Shown here piece after piece: positions 34,506 to 46,610 of a stretch of 64,000 nt of DNA. Position 1 is the first letter of the stretch; every line of letters starts with the position of its first letter. This stretch comes from Phyllosticta citribraziliensis (Eukaryota): the NCBI RefSeq assembly GCF_038025025.1, contig NW_027117341.1, positions 496,001 through 560,000 of the forward strand, written 5' to 3'. The notes under the pieces were generated by a model that was not told where the DNA came from, ran no database searches, and worked only from the letters and a program-made list of their open reading frames with translations. The translations under genes and the position numbers were made by a program.

Positions 34506-35040
34506 CTACGACGATCGCTGCTGCGTACACACCATCGCCAGCAACTTCTCGCCCATCCGTCGTAGCGTCTCCATCTCGCCCTCACTCCGCCCACCGCCGC
34601 TCTTGCGCCGCAAATGCCGACTTAGCTGCTCAAGCGCATCATCCAATCGCCAAACCATCTCCGCAAACACCGCGTCCGCGTCCGCATCGTCGCTCTCCGC
34701 GCTCTTCTCCATCCTCCTCTACACACAAATACGCATCAGCATCATCACCACCACCAAACCAACAAAACACAAATACACTTACAACCCGGCCCCGCGGCCC
34801 CTCCTCCATCTCACAAACACGCCTCTCAAACCCACAGCGGTCAAACGGCTGCATACCGTCTCTAAACGCATTGAATTCCTGCTCGGAGAGGATGCGGCGC
34901 GCGCCGCTGTAGCCGCCGGCGCGGATGTAGGCGTGCCAGGTCGTCTGCGCGCGCAGCGCGGCGCGGAGGTTGGTGGTGAAGGTGGATTCTGCGGCGAGAT
35001 GGGCGGGGGGTTGGGGGGTCGTTGTTGGGGGTGGTGGCAT
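34506..35040 (-). CDS. Orphan helical protein, 2 exons
   Basis: The 5' part of ORF 34639-35040 joins via a phase-0 GTAAGT...GTGTAG intron to RRMEKSAESDD...QQRSS* (ORF 34506-34712). Confidence 0.5.
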
Positions 35041-35992
35041 GGTGGGAGGAGAGTTGTGGAGGAGGGGATGGATGACGTTGTTAAGGTAAGAGAGGTAGGT
35101 TGGTAGGTGCCGGAGCGAGGGTCTTCTGAAGCATGCAGGTCAGACCAAGGTGAGTAAACGCTTGATTCATTCACTTCGCAACGCGCCTAGCGGTCGCGAC
35201 AGGCTAGCGACAGAAGCGGCGCTCTCGATCCATCTCGCCATGCCAGCGCCGACGAGCGCCGTCTCGAGCGTTCGGTCGCGATCTTTGGGCCGTCTCCTTT
35301 CCCTTCTTCTCCTCACCCGTCATCATCGTCGTCGTCGTCGTACGCAGGAGACGCGACAGACTTCCTTCAAAGGGCCCAAGGGCCCAGAGGAATACGCACA
35401 GGGCAGCACGCAGCGAGAAAAGCGTCCGACCAACGTAAGCAGTGCGGGAGTCAAGAACAAAGATTGAGAGTTCCATCTATGTATGCTTCCTGTACTGCGC
35501 TGTACTGTACTGTGCTATATAAACCTGTACGACACGACACGACACGCCACTCCATCTACCCGCCCACCTGCTCACCTCGCATACATAAAGCAGCGTCGTC
35601 TACGGCAGCGGAAGCACGGCGAATTGAAGTAAAGAGAAAGATGTGACGTGCGGATGCGGGGATGCCGAGAATGAACAAGGGAGAGAGTAGGGGAGAAGGG
35701 GAGCAAAACCAAGAACGAAAGAATAAGGAAACAGGGGCAGGGCAGAAAGGGAGCAAGGGGGTGGGGTATCCAGCGGGAACAACAACGGGGGGGGGGGGGG
35801 AGAAAGTCTAGGAACAGTGGGCAAGGCAGTGATGGGAAAGATTGCAAGAGGCAGTCAGAGGCGGGAGGACAGGACGTATGGACCGAAAAGGGAAACATGG
35901 TAAGGCGACGCGTTGTTTAGGCCAAGGTGGTTGCAGGGTATGTATGGGGTAGGTAGATAGTCGGGTGGTAGATAGATGGGTGACGGATGCAA

Positions 35993-38143
35993 TTAGAAAG
36001 AAATCAAACTCCCCCTGACGGTGCTGCCATCGTCCACGCCCGCCGTCCCGGCACTGCTACCGCGCCACCGGGTAGACTGCACCTGCCCCTGTCCTATCCC
36101 CTGTCCCAGACTCTGCAAGGGCGCGACGACAGGCCGAGGAAGAGGAGCAGCAGCAGCAGCGATGGAGCCAGCGGCCTCCGCACCCCCTGGCACCGGCACC
36201 CCGCCTGCCAGCCCCATCCCTGCTGTCCCCGCACTCCTCACGCCGTCGAAGCTGCGCCGCCGCCTCACCGACCGCGTCTCGTCCAGGCGCCGCATGGCCA
36301 GGGCAAGCTGCTTGCTCTTGGGGCGGCGATTGCCCTCCGGCGCCATCATCGCCCCGACGAAGCCCAGCGCCTGGTACTCGGCCGCCTCGTCCTCCTTGCG
36401 GTTTTCCAGGCTGGCCGACGCTGTGGCTCCGCCGCCGCCGCCGCCGCCTGCAATGCCCGGTACCCCGTTCAGCCCTGCCGCGCTGCCGACGACGTTGGCG
36501 CCATCGACAGCGGCAGCGGCGGCGGCGGCGGCGGACGAGGCCCGCGAGCTCAGCTGCGCCAGGTGCTTGCGCCAGCTGGCGGCGCGGTCGAGGTTGGCGT
36601 GGAAGCTGGGGTCGCGGGAAAAGTGCGAGCGGTAGGAGCGGAAGTTGGACGTGGTCTGGCCCTTGACGATGCTCAGCATCTCGAGCGCGACGCAGCCGAG
36701 CGAGAAGACGTCGGCCGAGGCGCGGTAGCGGTGCGGGCTGCTGCTGCTGGACGTATACTGGCCGTGGTTGAACGACTGGGCCTGCGACGCGGAGCGCGAG
36801 CGGGCGACGATTTCGGGCGCGGCGTAGATGTAGGCGGATTCGGTGAGGGGTCGGATCGTGTTGGGTGACGGAGGCGGGCTCAAGGTGGAGCGAGGGGGCG
36901 AACCGCGAGGCGAAGAGCTTTGCTCGGTGTAGATGCCGAAAGTGGAGAAGAAGATGCGTTGGCCGTCGAGGAGAATCTTTGTTGGCCGGATCGATTGGTG
37001 GGTGAGGTCGTTGGCGTGAATGTAGGCGAGGGCCTGGGTCAAGTCGTTGAACCAGCCCAGCAAGAGACTAGGGCGCGTCGACGCAAGAGGATGCTGGAGA
37101 AAGTCTTCCAAAGTTGCGGGAGCCTGCGGCGTGATGATGGCGGTGATGCTGCCTTGGCTGTAGGAGCAGATGATTTTGGCAACGTTTGGGTGCTCCAAGG
37201 ACTTGAACTTTTGGACTTTGGCAAGCAGACTCAGCTTCTCTGCATGTCGAGATACGGTGAATTGTTTTCGAACGTAGATTCGTGGGCTGTCGTCCCCTTG
37301 CCACCGAACCTTTTCCAGCACTTTTCCGCCGCTACTCGGAGACTGGGAAACGACCTGGAGCGGTGCCATTTCGCGGGGGTTCAGCTCGACGTGGTTTCCA
37401 TTTTGCGGCAGCTCTCGCGCCAGAACGCGCCACTGATTGTCAACGACCTTTTTCGGGTTTGCCGCGATGCCCTCGAGATCAGCTTCGGTAAAGGGGAGCT
37501 TGTTGTCCTCGAGCCAGTAGAAGCTGGCACGGCGCCAGGCTGCAATGTCGTCGCACATGAGGAAGAGCAGGGCAGTTTTGGAATTTCCCAGGGCCCAGGT
37601 ATATGCGCGCTGGCCGGTCGAACGCTCCCATCCCTGACGGCTGATGAGGGTCGGCGAGTCGCGGTGGACATATTGCTTTTCGAGGGCCGGGGTGATGATG
37701 GCGGTGGCCAAGGGAGCGAGGTTGACGTACCCCAGTCCGCCGTCGCGAAACGGGTTGGGGGTAGGGGCGTAGAGGGTCTCGGCAGGTCTATTTGGTTTGT
37801 CGTCGGAGGGAGAGACTGCCATGGGGGGAGGAGAGGACATTGCCATGAAGAGGGGCTTGGCGGGGATGCGAGGCTGCGGTGCGGCGGGAGGGGTTGGAGT
37901 AGCGCAACGGCTGGTCGAAGGTGTGACACTACGACTGAGAGAGGGCGGAGTGGGACATGGGGGAGGGTCGCTGACAGAGGGTAAGCAGAGGGAGACGCTG
38001 CTTGCCCAGGGGTTGCGATTGTTGGATTTTGGGGTCAGGCTTCGACTGGCCGAGGACGACGACGAGGCGGTGCTGGGCGAGGGCGAGGGGGTGGAGCGCG
38101 GCCAATCCCAGGCGCGGTCGTCGTGGAAATTGGCGACGGACAT
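35993..38143 (-). CDS. Protein-kinase-fold protein lacking catalytic residues (pseudokinase) with long low-complexity termini
   Basis: Kinase subdomains YVRKQF, LEHPNVAKI, LAYIH, YAAPE and ADVFSLGCV are present. The catalytic loop reads HQSIRPTKIL and the DFG position reads STFG. The start may instead be ATG 38218. Confidence 0.8.
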   Translation of the reverse strand: MSVANFHDDRAWDWPRSTPSPSPSTASSSSSASRSLTPKSNNRNPWASSVSLCLPSVSDPPPCPTPPSLSRSVTPSTSRCATPTPPAAPQPRIPAKPLFMAMSSPPPMAVSPSDDKPNRPAETLYAPTPNPFRDGGLGYVNLAPLATAIITPALEKQYVHRDSPTLISRQGWERSTGQRAYTWALGNSKTALLFLMCDDIAAWRRASFYWLEDNKLPFTEADLEGIAANPKKVVDNQWRVLARELPQNGNHVELNPREMAPLQVVSQSPSSGGKVLEKVRWQGDDSPRIYVRKQFTVSRHAEKLSLLAKVQKFKSLEHPNVAKIICSYSQGSITAIITPQAPATLEDFLQHPLASTRPSLLLGWFNDLTQALAYIHANDLTHQSIRPTKILLDGQRIFFSTFGIYTEQSSSPRGSPPRSTLSPPPSPNTIRPLTESAYIYAAPEIVARSRSASQAQSFNHGQYTSSSSSPHRYRASADVFSLGCVALEMLSIVKGQTTSNFRSYRSHFSRDPSFHANLDRAASWRKHLAQLSSRASSAAAAAAAAVDGANVVGSAAGLNGVPGIAGGGGGGGATASASLENRKEDEAAEYQALGFVGAMMAPEGNRRPKSKQLALAMRRLDETRSVRRRRSFDGVRSAGTAGMGLAGGVPVPGGAEAAGSIAAAAAPLPRPVVAPLQSLGQGIGQGQVQSTRWRGSSAGTAGVDDGSTVRGSLISF

Positions 38144-38967
38144 TGTCTGGTGGAGGAAAGGATGCTTGTTGTTTGAATGGGACGTGGGCCAGGCCGGCAC
38201 GAAAGGCGAGGGTTGCATGTTGCGGACAGAAGGAAGGAAACCGGTGACGCCAAACACAAATCACGAGTCTTGAGGAAACGAGGGAAAACATGGTCGAGGA
38301 GAGAGATGACTGAATTAAAGAGAGAGTGAGAGAGGGCGGGGGCAGCGTGTTATTGGGGTTGAGGGTGCTTTGCTGGCAGAGCAGCGCTCGCCATATGCAT
38401 CGGCGACGACAATGGAGTCTTGACCGTGTGTATGGGGGGGCTGCATTGTTACGTGGTCGCGCTGCACTCGAGCACGGCGATTTCTGTACGACGGGGGGAG
38501 CTTATCGAGTGCGTGTCGGTGGGTGGAGCAATTCAGCCACCGGATGCAGATGCGCATGCAGCGCAGGTTGCGACTGAGGGACATGCGACAGCTCCCCCCG
38601 ACGCGCCGGCCCTCAGCCTCGTCTCGACCTCTCCACCAAGCCTCTTCAGTCTTCATGCTGCGTCCCACGTCGGTACTACCACCGCTCCGCTCGAATAAAA
38701 GAAACAACCGTCCCGCCCATGTCCGCCGCCCGCTCTCCGCGTCGCACCTCGAGTCTCAACCGCCGCCATCATGCTACTCGCGTCGTGACATGATCACGCT
38801 ACCATGACCTGCCCGTCCCACCCCATGCCGTCAAGTCTGCCTGGTCCTTGATCGCCTTTCTGCCTTTCTTGTTTATCCCTCCTTCCCTTTAATCAACAAG
38901 CCTTTTGTTCTCCAAGCTGCTGGCAGCCCTTTTGCTTCGACTCGCTCAAAATATTCCTCGCGATACC

Positions 38968-40077
38968 ATGCGGCTGCGGTCCGCTGTCCTCGGCGGCCTC
39001 CTAATACTCGGACATGCAGCTGCTGCCTTTTCGCCCACCCGCCATGGCCTCTCCAACCTGCTAAAGAGGGACTTCATCCAAAAGGAAATGGCCCGATGGA
39101 TGATTGAGTTCCTTCACATCGACCCAGAGGCAGACCAGGCCCAGAACCCTCCCGTCAAGAGACAAGCCCCGCAAAATGCCACCGCCGACATCCCCCAGCA
39201 ATTCGAGCTCGACACCAAAGCCGCCTGCGACACGGCCATGATGAGGGCTGCCATGCGCAACGTCGACCCCTCTGGCCTCGCCGTGTGCTACAACCTCCCC
39301 GTCTTTGACAACTCGACCGGCCGCTTCCAGGCAGAACTCCGCCTGTACAATGTCACCGCTCCCTTTGATCCGTGGACCGGGACCGAGGCAAAGAGCATCA
39401 GCATGACGCTGTCGTACACGGATGCCACGGTGCAAGAGCAAACCGACCGCAACTCGAATGCCGCCAAACGGGACGTCTCTCTGCCCTTGTCGTGGCCACC
39501 CATCAAGCCAAGGGTGTTCGAGGTGGCCAAGTCACTGGCTCCTCGCGCCAATGGGCCGGAGCAAATCAAGGTCATCACCTACGTCGGCCAAATCAACAGC
39601 AACTCGATAACCCAGGCCAAGACATCGTAAGTGTGCCATTCAAGTGGCGATTATCATCTGACGACATTCAGCGACGACCTCAAGAGATACCTCACCCCGA
39701 GAGTCAACGTCACGGCACGCCGTCCCGTCGACAACAAGGTCGTGTCTTCAGATCTTGCCGTCGACAAGGCATCGTTCCTCACTGGCGTCTTTTCCGACCG
39801 CTCCGCCGGCAACGAAACCATCTCAGGCGAACAGGCTGCCATTGTCGCCAATTCGGTCTCGTTCCTCATGCCCGGCCAACGCCTAGCTCCGCTGCAGGTC
39901 CCAGGCATCACGATCCCTCTTCCGCTGCTGACGCCCGTCGGTCTCGTCGTCACCTTGGTATGGACAGTATTATTCGTCGCGACGGTCACGTACGGTACAT
40001 ATCAGCGCATCCGGTTCCGGGAGCAGTACAGGCGCCGGCTAAAGATGCAACAAGCGAGCGGCTTCTCGCGAATTTGA
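38968..40077 (+). CDS. Fungal secreted/type I membrane protein of unknown function, 2 exons
   Basis: Signal peptide MRLRSAVLGGLLILGHAAA, core PSGLAVCYNLP...FQAELRLY, C-terminal TM helix and basic tail. Intron 39627-39671. Confidence 0.8.
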
Positions 40078-40609
40078 GTCGTCGTCAAAGTGCTTTGTCG
40101 CCGTTAGGTCGCAGGTCGTCCTCGACACTACTACTTTGATTCTTGTCCGGAAGATCCTTGGGCTCGAGGAGTGCGTGGCAAGTTAGCCGAGAAATGCATT
40201 TACATACGTCCAGCCAAGCTCATCTGATTTGGTGCGGCTCTGCTTTTTGCCGCATTCCGTGACTTGCTTGGTAAAGTGTCTGGTGCTGATGAGCCAATGA
40301 CGAGTTGATCGGGGTGGGAAGCGTGCCTTTCCGAACCAGGAAACCTGATGTCCCCGCGGATGTGGCTTGAGCGTTAGCCGCTCGCGCCCTTGCTTTGACG
40401 GACGTCGAGTCATCACAGAACAGCAATTGACTCACTTTTTTCCGATTTTAGGTCACATTAAAGGGACGGCGTTGCTCTGCACTGCCTATCAGTCCAGCTG
40501 TCCAGCCATTGGCCCCACTTCGGCAACTCCAGCGCATATCCATCGCCGCCGACTCATTGCTCCCTTGCCATCTTTCCCACCACACTGACAAGAGCAGATT
40601 GACGACACC

Positions 40610-42150
40610 ATGGGCGAACTCACCGGAACAGAAACGGCCTTTGGCCGCAAGCTTCTCAAGAACTTCATGTTCGCCGACGACTACGTGAACCTCAACCAAG
40701 GTACTCTCTCCTACCCCGCAACGCCAGGAACCCCTCCTAACGCGTGCACCACGCCAGGTTCCTACGGTGTGATCCCACGCGCTGTCCACGAGACGCGCCT
40801 CTCCTACCTCGCGGCGCTGGAAGCGCGCCCGGACCCCTTCCTACGGCAGACGTACCCCAAGCTGCTGCGCGAGTCGCGTCTCGCACTTGCTGAGCTGCTG
40901 CGCGCGCCGCTCGACGCCGTCGTCCTGGTGCCCAACGCCACGACGGGCGTCAACACGGTGCTGCGCAGCCTGCGCTACGCGCCGGGCGACGTGCTCGTCT
41001 ACTTTGCCTGCAACTACGGCGCGTGCCAGAAGACGATTCTGTATCTCGAGGAGAGCACGCCCGTCAAGGGACACCGCGTCGAGGTGCGGTATCCCGTTGG
41101 CGACGATGAGATTGTGCGCAGCTTTAGGGAGGCTGTTGCCGCGATTAGGAAGGAGGGGAGGAGGCCCGTCGCCGCGCTGTTTGATGCCGTTGTGTCGATG
41201 CCCGGCGTCCGGTTCCCGTTTGAGGAGATGACGAAAGTGTGTAGGGAGGAGGGTGTTCTCAGTGTTGTCGACGGCGCTCACGGCGTTGGGATGCTCGATT
41301 TGGATCTGGGGGCGTTGGACCCGGACTTTTTCGTCAGCAATTGCCACAAGTGCGTTCATCCCACCCCTTGTCCACCCCCCCTTCCACACCCCCCTTCCCC
41401 TTACTCTCTCCACATACCCCACAACAACCACCTCCACGTTCTAACCTCCTCCGCAGATGGCTCTTCACCCCCCGCGGCTCCTGCGTCATGTACGCCTCCC
41501 CCCGCGTCCACCACCTCATCCGCTCCACGCTGCCCACCTCTCACGGCTGGCAGCCCCTGCCATCCACCACCACCACCCCCTCCCCCGAACCCGCCCTCTA
41601 CAACGCCTCCGCCTCCTTCAGCGCCCCCTTCGAGCTGCCCGGCACGACAGACCCCACGCCGTACCTCTGCGTCCGCGCCGCCCTCGCCTACCGCTCGACC
41701 GCGCTCCCCGGCGAGGCCGCCATCCACGCGCACCACGTCTCGCTCGCGCGCGCCGCCGGCGCCGCCCTGGCTCAGCGCCTCGGGACCCGCGTCCTCTCGA
41801 ACGCGGCGCTCAACGCCTCGGGGCGCGACACGCTGGGCGCGTGCGCCTTCTCCAACGTGCTGCTGCCGCTATCCAGCGAGAAGGCGCGCGAGGCGGGCGC
41901 GACGCGGTTGGGGCGCGGCGTTGACGCCGCGGCGACGAATGCGGGGGTGCTGCGGTGGGTGAGCGAGGAGGTGATGAGGGTGGGGGGCACGTTCGTGGCG
42001 ATCATTGAGTATTGGGGCGAGTGGTGGGTGCGGCTGAGTGGGAGTGTTTTTTTGGAGGTGCAGGACGTGGTGGGCGTTGCGGGCGTGTTGGAGGATGTGT
42101 GTCGGCGGGCGGAGGAGGGGCAGTGGGTTGAGGTGCTTGGGGAGAAGTAG
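40610..42150 (+). CDS. PLP-dependent class V aminotransferase/C-S lyase (Egt2 hercynylcysteine sulfoxide lyase / LolT-like), 3 exons
   Basis: NLNQGSYG (split by an intron at ~40701-40758), VPNATTGVNTVLR, VVSMPGVRFP, VDGAHGVG, and the PLP-lysine motif DFFVSNCHKWL across intron 41350-41456. Confidence 0.85.
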
Positions 42151-42880
42151 TTGGGGTTGGTGATGGAGGTGGAGATGGAGATGTGGGTATTTGGGTACGT
42201 TGGAGGTGCGAGGATGGGCGGCGAGACATGGGCATGGTATGGGTGGGTGCTCTAGACGCACAGCACCGCGTAATGGAAAGCTTTTCTTGATTCGCCGTCT
42301 CTATACTGCACCACTACATCTGCCTTGGCTGCTCCTAAAAATCCATCCATCACCCCATTCGCTCACTTCTGCTTTTGGATCCACAGGGTGGAAAAAAGGC
42401 GGCGACACCCGACAGACAGCGCCAGGGGTATATCCGCCATCGTCGATCCGTCTAATTGCAAGTCTCTAGAGCGCGCGCGCATGCAGCCAATCCATCAACA
42501 AATCAATCAATCAGAACGCAGAAACTCCATATCCGTCTAGTGCTCGTGAAGCAGGGGAAGGGTGTATGAACAGAGCCACAGCTGCCGATTCCAACGATCG
42601 GCCGTGTGGAGACGAGCAGTTAAGCATTAGGGCCAAGACGCAGAATCCTGCTCATGGTGGTGGCGGTTTGACGGCAAATCTCGATCATGTCGTGAGGGAG
42701 TGGTCGCAGACGTCATCGGATCGGACTCGCGACGACAGCCCAGACCGACAGGATTCGGCACATGTCTTTCTAGAAGACAGGAGACGCAGACGGACGGCGT
42801 CATGGCACGCGAAGTTGTCTCGAGGGTCTAGCCGTCCAAGCGACAGACCACCAGCAGACGGAGGGTGGGGTAGACAACCA

Positions 42881-44466
42881 TTAGTCGTCATCCTTCTTGT
42901 CCTTCTTGTCCTCCTTCTCCTTCTCCTTCGCCTCCTTCTCCTCCTTCTCCGCCCTGCCAGGCGGGTCCTTCCACGGGTTGGAGTCATAGATATCCAGGAG
43001 CCTGCGCAACAAGAACGGCAATCAGCAAGACGCAATCGTTTGACGTAACAGGGGCGCGTCGGCAACTTACACGTAGGTTTCAAAAGGCATGCCGCGGGGA
43101 TGGCCGTAGCCGTCCGAGAACTCGGGCTCGAAGCTAACCTCCCTCCATGCCTTGAACAGCTTTCGCCAGTAGCACGCTTGGGCCGCTGGCGTCAGGTAAC
43201 GGTCGCGGAACATTTCGACATTGTTGTCGGCCACTTGTTCCGCAAACTCCGGGCTGGCGAGCAGCGTCTGCACCTTTTCTTCCAGGTCGCTAAAGTCGTA
43301 CTTGACGGGGACGTAGTTTTGGCGCGGGCCGTTGGGGATGAGGAGAGCGTGGTGCGGTTCAATCCACTTGAGCTCGGGGATGATGGGGACCGAGTGGCAG
43401 TTTTGCAAGTACTTGAGGCGGCCAGAATAGGAACGTCCTGTGAGTTGTGAGAAACAGTCTGTTTTGGGAAAATTAGGCACCAACCTTCGGTATGCAGAAC
43501 ATACTTCCACTGGCAGTGGTCCGGCATGTCGACAAACTTCTTTTCGCGGTCTGGGTCTGCCCAGTCAAAGGGCACAATGTCTGACCAGGGTTTGTGCTCC
43601 CACTGCGCAACAAGCTTCTCGCGTTGCTCTGTCATGGGTGCACCCCGCCACAAAACCTTTTCCTTCTTCTCCTGAAAAGGCACGCCCCGCTCCCGCAGCC
43701 CCATCTGAAACCGCACGTCACTGTACTCGCCAATTGGATCCGTGGGCCAGCTCCAGTAGCCAAAATCGGGCATGACCCAGACATTGTTCCAGTCGGGCTT
43801 GCGAGTGAACCCCCAGATCGGCGGCCTCTTGCTCTTTTCCACCTTTTCATAGACAATGTCCTCGACGCAAAACGTAAACTCAATGTTGGGAATCGGCCCA
43901 GTGTATGCGGTGATGGCGCGGTTGATGGCTTGGAGCGTGGCGAGAGAGCGTTCGCGGAAGTCACGACGGTACGTACAGCCTTTGGCCTCGATAATGTACA
44001 ACTGCAGGTATATCAGTTACGGCTGCCAGACACGAGAACAGATGGCGCGCACCTGGTGGTCATAGATCATGGCCCTGACGACTGCCCTGTCGCGCCATTC
44101 CAGGTTCAGCTCGCCCTGAGTAATGGGACCATGTTTCCTCATATAGTTGGCAGCTTGGTCTATTTCATGCCACAAGCCGGGAAAGGCAATGTCGCACTGG
44201 GCGTCGTTCAGTCCATAGTTGCGCACGTCACGGGCTGGATGGAAGCGCCAGCTGTCTCCGGCGTCTTGTTCGACAAATTCCGGTTCGAAGCCAACGGACA
44301 GAGGCTCGCTCGTGTTGTCGGCATTTGCGGTGTCGTAGAATTCTTCTTGCTCTCCGGGGAGAAGGGGTTGCGGGGTTTCGACTTGGAGCGAGTGCTGGAG
44401 GGCGAGGAAAAGGAGGACGACGAGTACGCAAGCAGCGACTATGACGCGGTGAGAGGTTGTTATCAT
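42881..44466 (-). CDS. Glycosyltransferase family 90 (CAP10/DUF821-like), type II membrane protein, 4 exons
   Basis: N-terminal TM helix. Motifs QCDIAFPGL, PNIEFTF, WVMPDFGYWSW, KVLWRGA, HTEGRSYSGRLKYLQNCHSV and RDRYLTPAAQACYWRKL. Final charged exon ends at TAA 42881. Confidence 0.88.
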
Positions 44467-45966
44467 GGCGGGAGGGCAAATTAAGCGCCGCTCATGGAGC
44501 AGCGGGAGACGGGAGCCAGAGTTGCAGGGGCGTGGTTAAGCAAAGGTCTCTGCCGTGGTGACAAGACTGGAACGAAGGAGTAGGATCGAAGCAAGACCGA
44601 CGTAGAGAGGTGGTAACTGGCGACATGGCGGGCCTGAGCACTGGCAGGCCAGCTGCTGATGTGCGGCGTCATTCCCCAAACGACATGTTTCGAGGTGATC
44701 GACCGGGCAGGGTTTCTGTCGCAAGGCTGCTGTCTAGCGACTGTAACTGGGCGACGGCAGCGAGCCAAGACTTGTGCGAAATGTTGTATCCACTGTTTGC
44801 GCGTCGCCTGCGAGGCGCGTTGGTCCAACCATTTGGTGGTAATGAATTATTTGCTCAGTCAGGTCGGCGCCATGTCATCGCGGGCCTGAGCAGTGAGCGG
44901 TGGAGTAGGGGATGATGCGGTCCGGGTGGTGGCCATTCGCGGAACAACAAAAGGCCGGCGGCAGTTTGTCCGAGGCCGAGGGTCCTTCCCTTCCACTCAC
45001 CACCACGACGCAATCTATTCCCGACTTCACCCCTCGTCGGCCATCGGTCGGTCGCATCGCATCGTCTCCTCTCGCTTCAACTGTGACCTGGCCCTATTAA
45101 TAACCACCTCGACGCCCACCGCCTGTCACAATTCCAAACATTCAACCAAACCCCTGGCATGGTCATCCTCGCACCGCAGTAGCCGCAAACCTGGAAACTC
45201 GTAGGCCAAGAGATGGCTTCCCCGCTGCAACAATGTCAATTCTTCACTCGCCTTCCACAAAATCATCAAGCTTGTCGTCACTGTCAAAATCACCAGTGAA
45301 ACATGCTACTGTAAGCTGACGTCGCAACCACGAGAACAACCTGAGACTTGATTGATCGTCTCCCGCAAACCCAGCCACCCGCCCGGTTCTGCTTTACACT
45401 CAGCCTAAGCGTCTGCAGTTCCGCAAAAAGTCAAAAGGTCGCTCGACAAAAGGTTCGGGAGCTGCCGGAAGCACGGATTGATTTTCGCCCTCAACCTTTT
45501 TGGCCGCCAGTCACGGCGTCCCCGGAAAACCACCACAAGTGGCCAACCAGCCGCAGGCAAAAGGCTGTCAAAAAGGCAAAGAGGCTTGCAGTGACATGCA
45601 ACACCCTGGCCTGTGCGCCGTCTTCCAGTGCCGCCGTGTCACTGCATCAATCTTTTTTGGCACAACCAACGCGAAGTCGCGCCATATCCTACCCTTTTCT
45701 GTCTGAGGATAGCCGTTCAGCTGATCTTTCGGCAGCACCCAAGCTGCGCTGTGACTTCAACCTCGTAAACCACCCAGAGCCGCCGAGTCGCCGAAAGTCT
45801 CCCAAGCCACCCGGCCTGCCAGAATTCGTGTTCGGAAGCCTCTTGTCATGTTTTCCAATTTCTATTCATATCGCTACCATACTTAAGGCTATTCATGTCA
45901 GCGCCATCCGCCGCCATACTTTGCTGCTAACTACGCCAATCTACTCTTGCAAAGTCAACCTCCACC

Positions 45967-46497
45967 ATGAAGTTCGCCACTACTCTTGTCACCGGCCTTG
46001 TTTCGCTGGCCTCCTTGGCTTCTGCCCGCATCACCGGAATTACCCTTCCAACCAAGATTGGAGTCAACGAGGTCTTCAACGTCACCATCAAATCCGAAAA
46101 CTACATTCAATCCATCGCCGACATTGCCTTTGCCTTTGGCGTGATCCAACCGCAATATGCCGATGCAGGAAGTCTTGGCATGTACCTGGTGGGCGAGTCG
46201 TTCCTCGGGCCAAGTGCGTAGACTTATCTCCAAGCTTAACTCGAGGCGCTAAAGACTGACTCTTCCTCAGCTTTTTCCAATCAAATCAGCGACTTTATAG
46301 TCCCAGTTGGACCAATCCCTGACTACGTCCCAAAGGGCGAGACCCTTTTCAATGCGGCTTTGTTTTCTCTTCTCGGCTCTCGCTTCGCCCCGACTACCTT
46401 TGTTTGGAATGCTACCGTCACCTTGCAAGACAAGACGGACTACTCGCAAACCATTACTTCCACCATCCCGCTCACCTTTGATTACTATCCTGGATGA
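45967..46497 (+). CDS. NIS1: Necrosis-inducing secreted protein 1 (NIS1) family effector, 2 exons
   Basis: Signal peptide, then ARITGITLP...ENYIQSIADIAFAFG...FLGP, intron 46214-46270, and FSNQ...AALFSLLG...WNATVT, matching the NIS1 family pattern. Confidence 0.85.
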
Positions 46498-46610
46498 ACA
46501 TTTGGAGGTTCCATTAGAGATACTTAATATCTAATGAATCAAGTCTTGAAACCCTGGTTGTCGATGACAAAATCTTCTTTCTTCAAGTCTGACTTCAACT
46601 CCGAGGTCGT

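Noticed and set aside
20532..35100. Canonical Starship element
   Set aside because: No DUF3435 tyrosine-recombinase captain ORF or recognisable Starship auxiliary genes were seen, and no terminal repeats were found by eye.
42881..42960. CTT/CTC microsatellite-like tract and poly-Arg/poly-Leu ORFs
   Set aside because: It is the Glu/Lys/Asp-rich last exon of the GT90 gene on the - strand.
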